Part shown: positions 10,409 through 18,272 of the stretch, piece after piece | Position numbering within the stretch: the stretch's first letter is position 1 | How the letters are laid out: every line of letters begins with the position of its first letter | Assembly (NCBI GenBank): GCA_021799495.1 | Contig: JAJZAI010000002.1 | Location: 7,157-71,156 of the forward strand | From: Deltaproteobacteria bacterium | GTDB lineage: Bacteria; Desulfobacterota; Binatia; Binatales; Binataceae | Direction of reading: 5' to 3' | Length of the DNA: 64,000 bases | Made by a program: the position numbers and the translations under genes | Notes under the pieces: model-generated | Seen by the model: the letters and a program-made list of their open reading frames with translations, nothing else | What the model was told of the DNA's origin: nothing | Databases searched by the model: none

Positions 10409-11626
10409 ATGGCGGCGCGGGACGAAGCGGGCACATCCGCGGCGGGGGCGCCTGACGCGGGCCGAGCAACGGCGCGGCTCGGCGAATTGGCGGCGCTGTT
10501 TTTCCGGCTCGGCACGACCGCGTTTGGCGGGCCGGCGGCGCATATCGCGATGATGGAGGATGAGGTGGTTGGGCGGCGCGGATGGGTCACGCGCGAAGCC
10601 TTCCTCGACATGATCGGGGCCTGCAATTTAATTCCCGGTCCGAATTCGACCGAGATGGCGATTCATATCGGCCATCGCCGGGCCGGTCTGGCCGGATCGT
10701 TCGTCGCGGGCGGCGCGTTTATCATTCCGGCCGCGGCGATCACGGTGGCGCTGGCCTGGGCCTATGTGCGGTTTGGCGCGATGCCGCAGGTGGGCGGCGC
10801 GCTCTACGGCGTCAAGCCGGTGATAATCGCGATCGTGGTGCAGGCGCTGTGGCGGCTCGGACGGGCCGCCGCGCGCACGCGCGTCTTCGCGGCGCTGACG
10901 GCGGCGTCGGCGGCCGCGGCCTTTGCCGGACTGAACGAAATCGCGCTTCTGCTGATCGCCGGAATTGCCGCGATTGGATTGCATCGGATCGCGCGCCATC
11001 AGCGCACGGCCGGGGGCGGCGTGCTTGCCGCGATCGGCGCGATACCCGCCCTGGCCGCACCCGGTGTGGGCGCCGGGTTCGCCGCCGTGGCGGCGCCGTT
11101 CAGCCTGAGCGCGCTTTTTCTGGTGTTCGCGAAAATCGGCGCGGTGCTGTTCGGCAGCGGCTATGTGCTGCTCGCCTTCCTGCAGACCGAGTTGGTCACG
11201 CGGCGTCATTGGCTTACGCAGGGCCAGTTGCTCGACGCGGTCGCGGTCGGACAATTCACGCCCGGACCGCTTTCATGCACGGCGACGTTTATCGGCTATC
11301 TGCTCGGGCGAGGGAGCGGCGCGGCGGTCGCGACCGCGGGAATCTTCGCGCCGGCGTTCTTTTTTGTCGCGGTGAGCGGCCCGCTGCTGCCGCGTATCCG
11401 CCGTTCGCCGACGGCGGGATCGTTCCTCGACGGCGTCAACGCCGCGTCGCTCGCGTTGATGATTGTGGTCACGTGGCAGCTCGGCCGCGCCGCGATCGTC
11501 GATTTGCCGACTATCACGATCGCGGCCCTGAGCGCGTTCCTTCTGATCGGCTACCGTATCAATTCGGTCTGGCTGATCCTGGCCGGCGGAATCGCGGGCG
11601 CCGCGCTGACCGGGACGCGCTTCTAG
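10409..11626 (+). CDS. chrA: Chromate ion transporter (CHR family)
   Basis: 405-aa polytopic membrane protein. The N-terminal CHR signature is FGGPAAHIAMMEDEVVGRRGW, and a second CHR repeat is present (GQFTPGP). It starts 7 nt after the cupredoxin stop. Confidence 0.85.
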   Translation: MAARDEAGTSAAGAPDAGRATARLGELAALFFRLGTTAFGGPAAHIAMMEDEVVGRRGWVTREAFLDMIGACNLIPGPNSTEMAIHIGHRRAGLAGSFVAGGAFIIPAAAITVALAWAYVRFGAMPQVGGALYGVKPVIIAIVVQALWRLGRAAARTRVFAALTAASAAAAFAGLNEIALLLIAGIAAIGLHRIARHQRTAGGGVLAAIGAIPALAAPGVGAGFAAVAAPFSLSALFLVFAKIGAVLFGSGYVLLAFLQTELVTRRHWLTQGQLLDAVAVGQFTPGPLSCTATFIGYLLGRGSGAAVATAGIFAPAFFFVAVSGPLLPRIRRSPTAGSFLDGVNAASLALMIVVTWQLGRAAIVDLPTITIAALSAFLLIGYRINSVWLILAGGIAGAALTGTRF

Positions 11627-11641
11627 GCGCGCGCCGGCCGA

Positions 11642-12517
11642 TCAATCGTCAGCGTCGCCGTCGGCGCCGTCAGAATCTTCCGCGGTTTCGCCGTTGTCAT
11701 CTGGAAAGTTAGGCGCCGCCGCCTCTTCGACCGCCGCCGCGGCAACATTCGCAAGGCGGCGCGCGACGATAATGAACGCCGAATGCGCGACCATCCGATG
11801 CTGCGGCCGCACGCTCATCCCTTTTACCCGCCAATGGCGCATCAGCGTCTCGAAGCTGTCGATTTCGCCGAAGTCCGGCCGGCGCTGCAGCGCCTCGACG
11901 GTGTCTTTGAGCTGCATCGCGGTCGGCACATAGCCGATGAACACGCCGCCGGGACGGAGCGCCGTCGCGACGACCTCGAGCGCGCGGCCCGGTTCGGGAA
12001 GATCGAGAAAGACGCGATCGGCGCCGGTTTCGTCGAAACCTTCATAGAGATCGCGCAGCCTGAGCGTCCAATGCGGCGCGTCGCCGAAAAACGCGGCGAC
12101 GTTGCGGCGTGCGGCGGCGGCGAAATCCTCGCGAATTTCATAGGAAATCACGCGTCCATGCGGCCCGACCGCGCGCAGCAGCGCGATCGTGAGCGCGCCC
12201 GCGCCGATTCCTCCTTCGATCACGGTCGCGCCCGGATAGACGTCGCCCCACAGCAGCATCGGGCCGGTATCCTTCGGATAGATGACCTGCGCCGCTCGCG
12301 GCAGATGCGGGATCAGGTCGGCGTAGGTCGGACGCAGAATCAGGTAGTTCTCGCCGGCGCTCGATTTGACCCGCGAACCCTCGTCGCGGCCGAAGAGCGA
12401 TTCCGGTTCGATTTGGCCGCGAATCTCGATCCGCTTGCCGGCGCGCAAAATTTTCAGATAGCGCCGGCCCTTGCGATCGATGAAGAGCACGGCGTCGTTT
12501 TCCTTCAATGGCCCCAT
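11642..12517 (-). CDS. trmI: tRNA (adenine-N1)-methyltransferase (TrmI/GCD14 family)
   Basis: 291 aa with a SAM-binding motif (VIEGGIGAGALTIAL) and a GCD14-like layout. The C-terminus is an acidic tail. Confidence 0.78.
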   Translation of the reverse strand: MGPLKENDAVLFIDRKGRRYLKILRAGKRIEIRGQIEPESLFGRDEGSRVKSSAGENYLILRPTYADLIPHLPRAAQVIYPKDTGPMLLWGDVYPGATVIEGGIGAGALTIALLRAVGPHGRVISYEIREDFAAAARRNVAAFFGDAPHWTLRLRDLYEGFDETGADRVFLDLPEPGRALEVVATALRPGGVFIGYVPTAMQLKDTVEALQRRPDFGEIDSFETLMRHWRVKGMSVRPQHRMVAHSAFIIVARRLANVAAAAVEEAAAPNFPDDNGETAEDSDGADGDADD

Positions 12518-12614
12518 CGGAGTGCATTAGGCTTAGACGCTCGTCCAGCCGGGCGCAACAGCGTCGTTCGCAACGCGCGCGGCTATTGACTGGATTGGGC
12601 GGCGGCGCTTACCT

Positions 12615-12623
12615 TGCTATAAT
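12615..12623 (+). promoter_or_regulatory. Extended -10 promoter element (TGcTATAAT)
   Basis: TG at 12615-12616 and TATAAT at 12618..12623, in the divergent trmI/zinc-ribbon intergenic region. No well-spaced -35 is present: TTGACT at 12586 lies 26 nt away. Confidence 0.4.
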
Positions 12624-12779
12624 CCCGGCGATCACGATTCGACCGATGCATGCATCTGGCGGAGCGGTGGCCGGGTAATTTTTTATATCGGGGCGAGCCG
12701 CGTCGTTTCACTCGCGGGGAATATTCTTTGCGCGTGGCGTTGAAGCGAAGCGTTGGAAACAAAGAGGTTATAGACTGCG

Positions 12780-12953
12780 ATGGCTGAAAAGAAAGCGAAA
12801 ACGGCGGAAAAGGGCGGCGGACAGGTCCAGCACAAGCATATGTGTCCGAGCTGCGGCGCGGAGAGCAAGGTCACGATGTTCGCCGGTTACGGGCGCAAGG
12901 GCTTCTATCTGGTCTGCGAAAAGAACTGCGGCTATGTCGGCCGCACTCGTTGA
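12780..12953 (+). CDS. Small zinc-ribbon protein (57 aa; below the ORF-track size cut-off)
   Basis: The ATG at 12780 is preceded by AGAGG. The product is MAEKKAKTAEKGGGQVQHKHMCPSCGAESKVTMFAGYGRKGFYLVCEKNCGYVGRTR (CxxC...CxxxC). The stop TGA at 12951..12953 is followed directly by the AGGAGG SD of the next gene. Confidence 0.5.
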   Translation: MAEKKAKTAEKGGGQVQHKHMCPSCGAESKVTMFAGYGRKGFYLVCEKNCGYVGRTR

Positions 12954-12965
12954 AGGAGGCCGGGG

Positions 12966-13316
12966 ATGGCTACGGCGCGCTCGTCGCGGAAACCGAAATC
13001 GTCAAAACGAGACCTGACGGCGGGCTTTGCCGATCAGGCTGAGGAGCGCGACGAGGATGCCGACCTGCCCAAGGACGAGGCCGGCCGCCGCAAAATCAAG
13101 CGCCAGTACCAGGACCTGCTCGGAATCCGGATTGAAAAACTCAAGGGCCGCATCCTCAATCGCGAGCGCATCAACAAGACCATCGAGGGCATCTACTTCA
13201 TCTGCGTGCGCTGCATGAAGGTCTGCCATTCGCTCGACGACGGCTTGCAGGAAGATCCCGAAAACCAGAACAATCAATGCGCCAAGTGCGCGAAGTCGCG
13301 AACCGCCGCGGCGTGA
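12966..13316 (+). CDS. Hypothetical basic/coiled-coil protein with C-terminal CxxC...CxxC zinc-ribbon
   Basis: 116 aa with a perfect AGGAGG SD at 12954..12959. It carries the CVRC...CAKC motifs. A 22-nt perfect palindrome (13321..13342) follows the stop. Confidence 0.6.
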   Translation: MATARSSRKPKSSKRDLTAGFADQAEERDEDADLPKDEAGRRKIKRQYQDLLGIRIEKLKGRILNRERINKTIEGIYFICVRCMKVCHSLDDGLQEDPENQNNQCAKCAKSRTAAA

Positions 13317-13429
13317 CCCGCCGATGGCGCGCGCGCCATCGGCCGAGGCTTTGATTTCGCCGCGCGAAGCGATATTTTCCGGCTAACCCCGGCGTGTGTC
13401 CGGACGCGCCGCAGGATTTGACCGCCACG

Positions 13430-14371
13430 ATGGGACTACAGCTAATCCCGCCCGGGATAAACCTCGATTTTGTCGGCAAACGCCATTTCTTCGTGGCGCT
13501 TTCGACCGTTATCAACCTCGCCGCGATTCTGCTGTTGCTCTTCGTCGGGCTTAATTACGGCGTCGATTTCGCCGGCGGCAGCCTGATTCAGGTCAAGTTC
13601 GACAAAGCGACCAACGGCGATCAGATTCGCAAAGCGCTGACCTCGATGGACGTCGGCGAAATCACGGTGCAGGACTTCGGCGCCGTGAACCTGAATCAAT
13701 TCCTGGTCCGCTTCGAGAAGGTCAAGAATATCGGCAGCCTCGGCAAGCGGGTCGAAGAGGCGCTCAACGAAAGTTACGGCGCTTCCAATCATGCCGAAGT
13801 GCTGCGGGTCGAAACGGTCGGCGCCAAGGTCGGCCGCGATTTGCGCCTCGACGGCTTTATGGCGGTCGCATTCGCCACCGTCTTCATGGGAATTTATATC
13901 GCGATACGTTTTCGCAACGTGAGCTGGAGTTTCGGCGCCGGAGCGGTAATCGCGCTGATCCACGACGTTCTGGTCGTCACCGGCGCGCTGGTGCTGTCGC
14001 GGCTGCAATTCGACCTGACGACCCTGGCCGGCCTGCTGACGGTTATCGGCTACTCGGTGCATGACACGATCATCGTCTCCGACCGTATTCGCGAGGACGC
14101 CGCGCAGCGCCGCCGCGAATCGCTTGAATCCGTGATGAATCGCGCGATCAACGAAACCCTGTCGCGCACTCTGTTGACCTCCGGCACCGTGCTGGTCGTG
14201 CTGCTGGCGCTGCTGGTGCTGGGCGGGCCGATTTTGCGGCCGTTCGCGTTTACGCTCTTTATCGGGATTATCACCGGCACCTATTCGTCTATCTATATCG
14301 CCGGTCCGGTGGTGCTCTATTGGGAAAAAGGCCACGGCGCCAATCGCGGCGCGGCTTCGCGGGCGGCCTGA
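13430..14371 (+). CDS. secF: Protein translocase subunit SecF
   Basis: The ATG at 13430 lies within track ORF 13394..14371. It has the SecF signatures GVDFAGG and IGYSVHDTIIVSDRIRED and six predicted TM segments. Confidence 0.9.
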   Translation: MGLQLIPPGINLDFVGKRHFFVALSTVINLAAILLLLFVGLNYGVDFAGGSLIQVKFDKATNGDQIRKALTSMDVGEITVQDFGAVNLNQFLVRFEKVKNIGSLGKRVEEALNESYGASNHAEVLRVETVGAKVGRDLRLDGFMAVAFATVFMGIYIAIRFRNVSWSFGAGAVIALIHDVLVVTGALVLSRLQFDLTTLAGLLTVIGYSVHDTIIVSDRIREDAAQRRRESLESVMNRAINETLSRTLLTSGTVLVVLLALLVLGGPILRPFAFTLFIGIITGTYSSIYIAGPVVLYWEKGHGANRGAASRAA

Positions 14372-14398
14372 CGGTTCGTTCCGCTCGCGCCGGACTTC

Positions 14399-14722
14399 GT
14401 GCAGAGCGCGTTGCCGATCTCAATCAATACCGAACGTGGCCGCTATCATGTTGGCGTCGCCGCGCCGCTCGATAATGCCGAGGGCGCGATTCACCTGACG
14501 CTCGCGTTGGAGCGCGCCGACGGCGTTGAACGGGTCGCTCTGCGATGCCGGATAGCGGCGGAGCTTGCGGGCGCGGCGCAGGCGGAAGAATTGGCCGCGC
14601 GGCTGGCCGGATGGATCGAGCGGGATTTCGAATCGATCCGTGAAGCCGCGCTCAAGACCATCCGTTCCGAACGCCGGCTACACGAATTTTCCTTCGACGC
14701 CGCGCATCCCGGCCCATTCTGA
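14399..14722 (+). CDS. Hypothetical protein
   Basis: 107-aa ORF with a GTG start, no recognisable motifs and plausible codon usage. Confidence 0.35.
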   Translation: MQSALPISINTERGRYHVGVAAPLDNAEGAIHLTLALERADGVERVALRCRIAAELAGAAQAEELAARLAGWIERDFESIREAALKTIRSERRLHEFSFDAAHPGPF

Positions 14723-14748
14723 AGCGCGCCGGCCGGCGCCGCAGGTTC

Positions 14749-15264
14749 ATGGGAGAGCCCATCATGGACGCAACCAAAGCATGTCGCCGCGCGGTTGACG
14801 CCGATATACCGGAGTTGGCGCGATTGGTGGCCGGCATCGCGGCGTGGCACGAATCGCTCGATCCGCGCGCCCGCTTCGATTGGGACGAGATTCGCAATGC
14901 GCCGTCATGGCTGCCCGCCGTGCTGCATCGCGACCATCACGCGGTCTGGGTGGTCGAAAACGGCGCCGGCGGCCTCGCCGGCTATCTCTGGGTGCATCTC
15001 CGGCGCGACCGTCAGGGCTATCTCCCGCGGCTTCGCGGGTATATTAATCAGGCTTATCTCGATGAAGGTTGGCGCGGAAAAGGGCTTATGCGGCCGATGC
15101 TCGCCGAGGCGTACGGGTGGTTTCGCGGCCACGGCGTGACGGTGGTGACTCTCACCGTGCTGCATCGCAACTGGCTCGGTTCGGCGGCATGGTACAAGCA
15201 CGGTTACGAGGATTGGACGCACGAGCGGCGGATCGATCTTGACGCGCTTGCTAAACGCTCCTGA
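14749..15264 (+). CDS. GNAT-family N-acetyltransferase
   Basis: 171 aa with an acetyl-CoA-binding-type motif (QAYLDEGWRGKGLMRPMLAEA; R-x-x-G-x-G/A). Confidence 0.7.
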   Translation: MGEPIMDATKACRRAVDADIPELARLVAGIAAWHESLDPRARFDWDEIRNAPSWLPAVLHRDHHAVWVVENGAGGLAGYLWVHLRRDRQGYLPRLRGYINQAYLDEGWRGKGLMRPMLAEAYGWFRGHGVTVVTLTVLHRNWLGSAAWYKHGYEDWTHERRIDLDALAKRS

Positions 15265-15291
15265 CCGGACGGTAAGCGGTGGCGATTTCCC

Positions 15292-15320
15292 TTGACAGGC
15301 AAGGGGAAAATCCTTACTAG
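15292..15320 (+). promoter_or_regulatory. Sigma70-like promoter P1 upstream of iscS (TTGACA-17-TACTAG)
   Basis: TTGACA at 15292..15297, a 17-nt spacer, then TACTAG at 15315..15320. The -10 is overlapped by the IscR-like box. Confidence 0.4.
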
Positions 15321-15338
15321 ACTGAATCAGTCGAGTAT
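15314..15338 (+). promoter_or_regulatory. IscR type-1-like operator (Rrf2-family binding site)
   Basis: ttactaGACTgaatcAGTCgagTAT matches 23 of 25 positions of the E. coli type-1 IscR motif ATASYYGACTRWWWYAGTCRRSTAT (motif recalled from memory). It is also a near-perfect 23-bp palindrome. Confidence 0.5.
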
Positions 15339-15360
15339 TGTTGATGAATCCGCATCGCGT

Positions 15361-15388
15361 TTGACAGCGAAATTCCAAGAGCTATATT
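15361..15388 (+). promoter_or_regulatory. Sigma70-like promoter P2 upstream of iscS (TTGACA-16-TATATT)
   Basis: TTGACA at 15361..15366, a 16-nt spacer, then TATATT at 15383..15388. It lies ~60 nt upstream of the iscS ATG. Confidence 0.5.
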
Positions 15389-15449
15389 ATACCCATCAGG
15401 TCCACTAATCTGTTTTCGATTCCGGCGCGGATGCCGGGAAGAGTTCGCG

Positions 15450-16670
15450 ATGCCCAAGCTGCCGATATACATGGACAATCACGCCACGACGCCGGTTGAC
15501 CAGCGCGTGCTCGAGGCGATGCTGCCGTACTTCAGCGAAAAGTTCGGCAATGCGGCCAGCCGCAACCATAGCTTTGGCTGGGAAGCGGAAGAAGCGGTCG
15601 ATCGGGCGCGCGGCCAAATCGCGCAACTGATCAATGCGAAGTCCAAGGAGATTATTTTTACCTCGGGCGCGACCGAGTCCGACAATCTGGCGATCAAGGG
15701 CGTGGTCGAGTTTTACAGGGAAAAAGGCGACCACATCGTAACCTGCGTGACGGAGCATAAGGCGGTCCTCGACAGTTGCCGCGCGCTCGAACGGGCCGGC
15801 AAGGCTTCAGTCACCTATCTGCCCGTGGACAAGTACGGGATGGTCGATCCGGACGCGGTGCGCAAGGCGCTTACCGATCGCACCGTGCTGGTCACGATCA
15901 TGTACGCCAACAACGAGATCGGCACGATCCATCCGGTCGCCGAAATCGGCCGGATCGCGCGCGAGCGCGGCGTGGTTTTCCATTGCGACGCGGTGCAGGC
16001 CGCCGGCAAGATTCCGGTTGACGTCGAGCGCGACAATATCGACCTGCTCTCGATCAGCGCGCACAAAATTTACGGACCCAAAGGGGTCGGCGCGCTTTAT
16101 GTGCGATCCAGGGGGCCGCGCGTGCGGATTACGCCGCAGATGGACGGCGGCGGCCATGAACGCGGGATGCGCTCGGGAACGCTGAACGTGACCGGCATCG
16201 TCGGGCTTGGCAAAGCCTGCGAAGTCGCGGCGTCCGAGATGGCAGAGGAGAACCGCCGCCTGCTCGACCTGCGCGACAAGCTGCAGGCCGGAATTTTCGA
16301 GCGGCTCGATGAAGTTTCGCTGAACGGCCATCCGACCGAACGCCTGCCGGGCAACCTCAACGTCAGCTTCGCATATGTAGAAGGCGAGTCGCTGCTGATG
16401 GGCCTGCACGATATCGCGGTCAGCTCCGGGTCGGCCTGCACCTCGGCGACGCTCGAGCCGTCATACGTCATTCGCGCGCTGGGCGTCAGCGACGAGCTGG
16501 CGCACAGTTCGATTCGTTTCGGCCTGGGCCGCTTCAACACCGAAGAGGAAGTCGATTTCGTCACCGGCCGGGTGACGCACGAAGTCAAGCGGCTGCGCGA
16601 GATGTCGCCGCTTTACGAGATGGCGCGGGATGGAATCGATCTCAAATCGGTTCAGTGGAAAGCGGAGTAA
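15450..16670 (+). CDS. iscS: Cysteine desulfurase IscS
   Basis: 406 aa. It has N-terminal [14 protein letters not shown], the PLP-lysine context [15 protein letters not shown] and the active-site loop SSGSACTS. Confidence 0.95.
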   Translation: MPKLPIYMDNHATTPVDQRVLEAMLPYFSEKFGNAASRNHSFGWEAEEAVDRARGQIAQLINAKSKEIIFTSGATESDNLAIKGVVEFYREKGDHIVTCVTEHKAVLDSCRALERAGKASVTYLPVDKYGMVDPDAVRKALTDRTVLVTIMYANNEIGTIHPVAEIGRIARERGVVFHCDAVQAAGKIPVDVERDNIDLLSISAHKIYGPKGVGALYVRSRGPRVRITPQMDGGGHERGMRSGTLNVTGIVGLGKACEVAASEMAEENRRLLDLRDKLQAGIFERLDEVSLNGHPTERLPGNLNVSFAYVEGESLLMGLHDIAVSSGSACTSATLEPSYVIRALGVSDELAHSSIRFGLGRFNTEEEVDFVTGRVTHEVKRLREMSPLYEMARDGIDLKSVQWKAE

Positions 16671-16689
16671 CGGGCGGGAGATTGCAGTT

Positions 16690-17118
16690 ATGGCTTATTC
16701 GGACAAGGTCATCGACCATTACAACAATCCGCGCAACGTCGGCAGTTTCGACAAGAGCGACGCCGATGTCGGCACCGGAATCGTGGGCGCGCCGGAATGC
16801 GGCGACGTGATGAAGCTGCAGCTTCGCATCAATCCGGAAAGCCGGATGATCGAAGACGCGCGTTTCAAGACCTTCGGATGCGGCAGCGCGATCGCCAGCT
16901 CCAGCTACGTCACCGAATTGGTCAAGGGCAAGCATATCGACGAGGCGATGACCATCAGGAACACGGTCATCGTGAAGGAGTTGAATCTGCCGCCGGTCAA
17001 GATTCACTGTTCGGTGCTGGCCGAAGACGCGATCAAGGCCGCGATCGGCGACTGGAAGAAGCATCACGAGGACGGAGCGCCAGCCGCGGCTGAGCCGCGC
17101 AAGGCGCAGGAAGGCTGA
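16690..17118 (+). CDS. iscU: Fe-S cluster assembly scaffold IscU
   Basis: The ATG at 16690 lies within track ORF 16630..17118. It has MAYSDKVIDHYNNPRNVG, GAPECGDVMKL, FGCGSAIASSS and LPPVKIHCSVLAED. Confidence 0.95.
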   Translation: MAYSDKVIDHYNNPRNVGSFDKSDADVGTGIVGAPECGDVMKLQLRINPESRMIEDARFKTFGCGSAIASSSYVTELVKGKHIDEAMTIRNTVIVKELNLPPVKIHCSVLAEDAIKAAIGDWKKHHEDGAPAAAEPRKAQEG

Positions 17119-17183
17119 GGGCCGCCGCGCAAACGGCCGCGGCTAAAGTATCGCAGGGTTAAAAGGGAAGGTTCGGCATTCAG

Positions 17184-17504
17184 ATGGCGACGGTCACGCT
17201 CTCCGACAACGCGGTCCGCAAAATCCATCAGTTGACCGCGGAGAAACCCGACGCCGGCTTGCGCGTGAAAGTGGTGGGCGGCGGATGCTCTGGCCTGCAA
17301 TATCGGATGGAAATCGATTCGGCGGGCGATCGCGACAAGATTTTCGAGCGCGACGGCGCCCGCCTGATCGTGGACAAAAAGAGTTTTCTCTATCTTAACG
17401 GTTCGGAACTCGATTACGCCGATGAGTTGATGTCAGCGGGGTTTCGCCTGGTGAATCCCAACGCCAAGCGCACCTGCGGATGCGGCGAATCGTTCGTGGT
17501 GTGA
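17184..17504 (+). CDS. iscA: Fe-S cluster insertion protein IscA (HesB family)
   Basis: 106 aa with GGGCSG and the C-terminal CGCGESF motif. Confidence 0.9.
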   Translation: MATVTLSDNAVRKIHQLTAEKPDAGLRVKVVGGGCSGLQYRMEIDSAGDRDKIFERDGARLIVDKKSFLYLNGSELDYADELMSAGFRLVNPNAKRTCGCGESFVV

Positions 17505-17532
17505 GGCGGCGGCCGCGGCGGATAAATCGGTC

Positions 17533-18177
17533 ATGATTACCTGTCCGTCATGTACGCGGGCGCAAGCGCCGGCGCTGGCATGCGCCGGATGCGGCGCGCC
17601 GCTTGGCGCCAACCTCGATCTCTTCGCGGCGTTGAACCTGCCGCGCCGGCTCGCGATTGACGCGGCCGCGATGGAGCGCGCGTACCACGATCTGAGCCGC
17701 CGGATCCATCCGGACCGTTTCGCCGCCGCTCCGGCCGCCGCGCGCGACGCCAGCATGCGCGCGACGGCGCTGCTGACGCGCGCCTATCGCACGCTGCGCG
17801 ATCCGATTTCACGCGGACGCTACTGGCTCGAATTGCACGGCCGCAAGCTTGGCGAGAACAATCAGCGTGTGCCGGCGGAATTGGCCGCGATGGTCTTCGA
17901 GACTCAGGAACAGCTTGAAGAATTGCGCGAATCGCGCACGCCCGAAAATCTGGCGGCGGCGCGCGCCCGGCGCGGCGAAGTCGCCGGGGCGCTGGAAGCG
18001 GCGGCCGTCGCGCTGGCGCGAAATTTCGCCGCATGGGATGCGGATGGAGAGGAAGCGGATGAAAGACGGCGGGAGGCGCTGTTTACGGAATTGAAGGCGA
18101 CGCTTTCGAAAATCGCCTACTTGACGACCCTCGCGCGCGATATCGGCCGCGAACTGGAGACGGCGCGGGCCGCATAA
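17533..18177 (+). CDS. hscB: Fe-S co-chaperone HscB with N-terminal CxxC...CxxC zinc finger
   Basis: 214 aa with a J-domain HPD motif (RRIHPDRF). It sits between iscA and hscA. The N-terminus is CPSC-x11-CAGC. Confidence 0.8.
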   Translation: MITCPSCTRAQAPALACAGCGAPLGANLDLFAALNLPRRLAIDAAAMERAYHDLSRRIHPDRFAAAPAAARDASMRATALLTRAYRTLRDPISRGRYWLELHGRKLGENNQRVPAELAAMVFETQEQLEELRESRTPENLAAARARRGEVAGALEAAAVALARNFAAWDADGEEADERRREALFTELKATLSKIAYLTTLARDIGRELETARAA

Positions 18178-18272
18178 GCGCCGCGCCCGTGCCCAATTCC
18201 TGGCTCGCGGACGCTGCGCGGGCCGATTCCGCATATCCAAAGAACTACGTTGAAATTCAGACCGAACCTTAA

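Noticed and set aside
12624-12684. cccggc...gccggg stem followed by T6, considered as an sRNA terminator or attenuator.
   Set aside because: The left arm lies at or upstream of the transcription start expected from the 12618 -10 box, the loop is 40 nt, and no plus-strand gene ends here.
14399-15264. Possible type II toxin-antitoxin pair (small upstream ORF plus GNAT toxin, TacAT/AtaRT-like).
   Set aside because: The size and order fit, but the upstream protein shows no RHH/DUF1778-like features, the GNAT has no distinguishing toxin signature that I can see, and the genes do not overlap. The evidence is insufficient.
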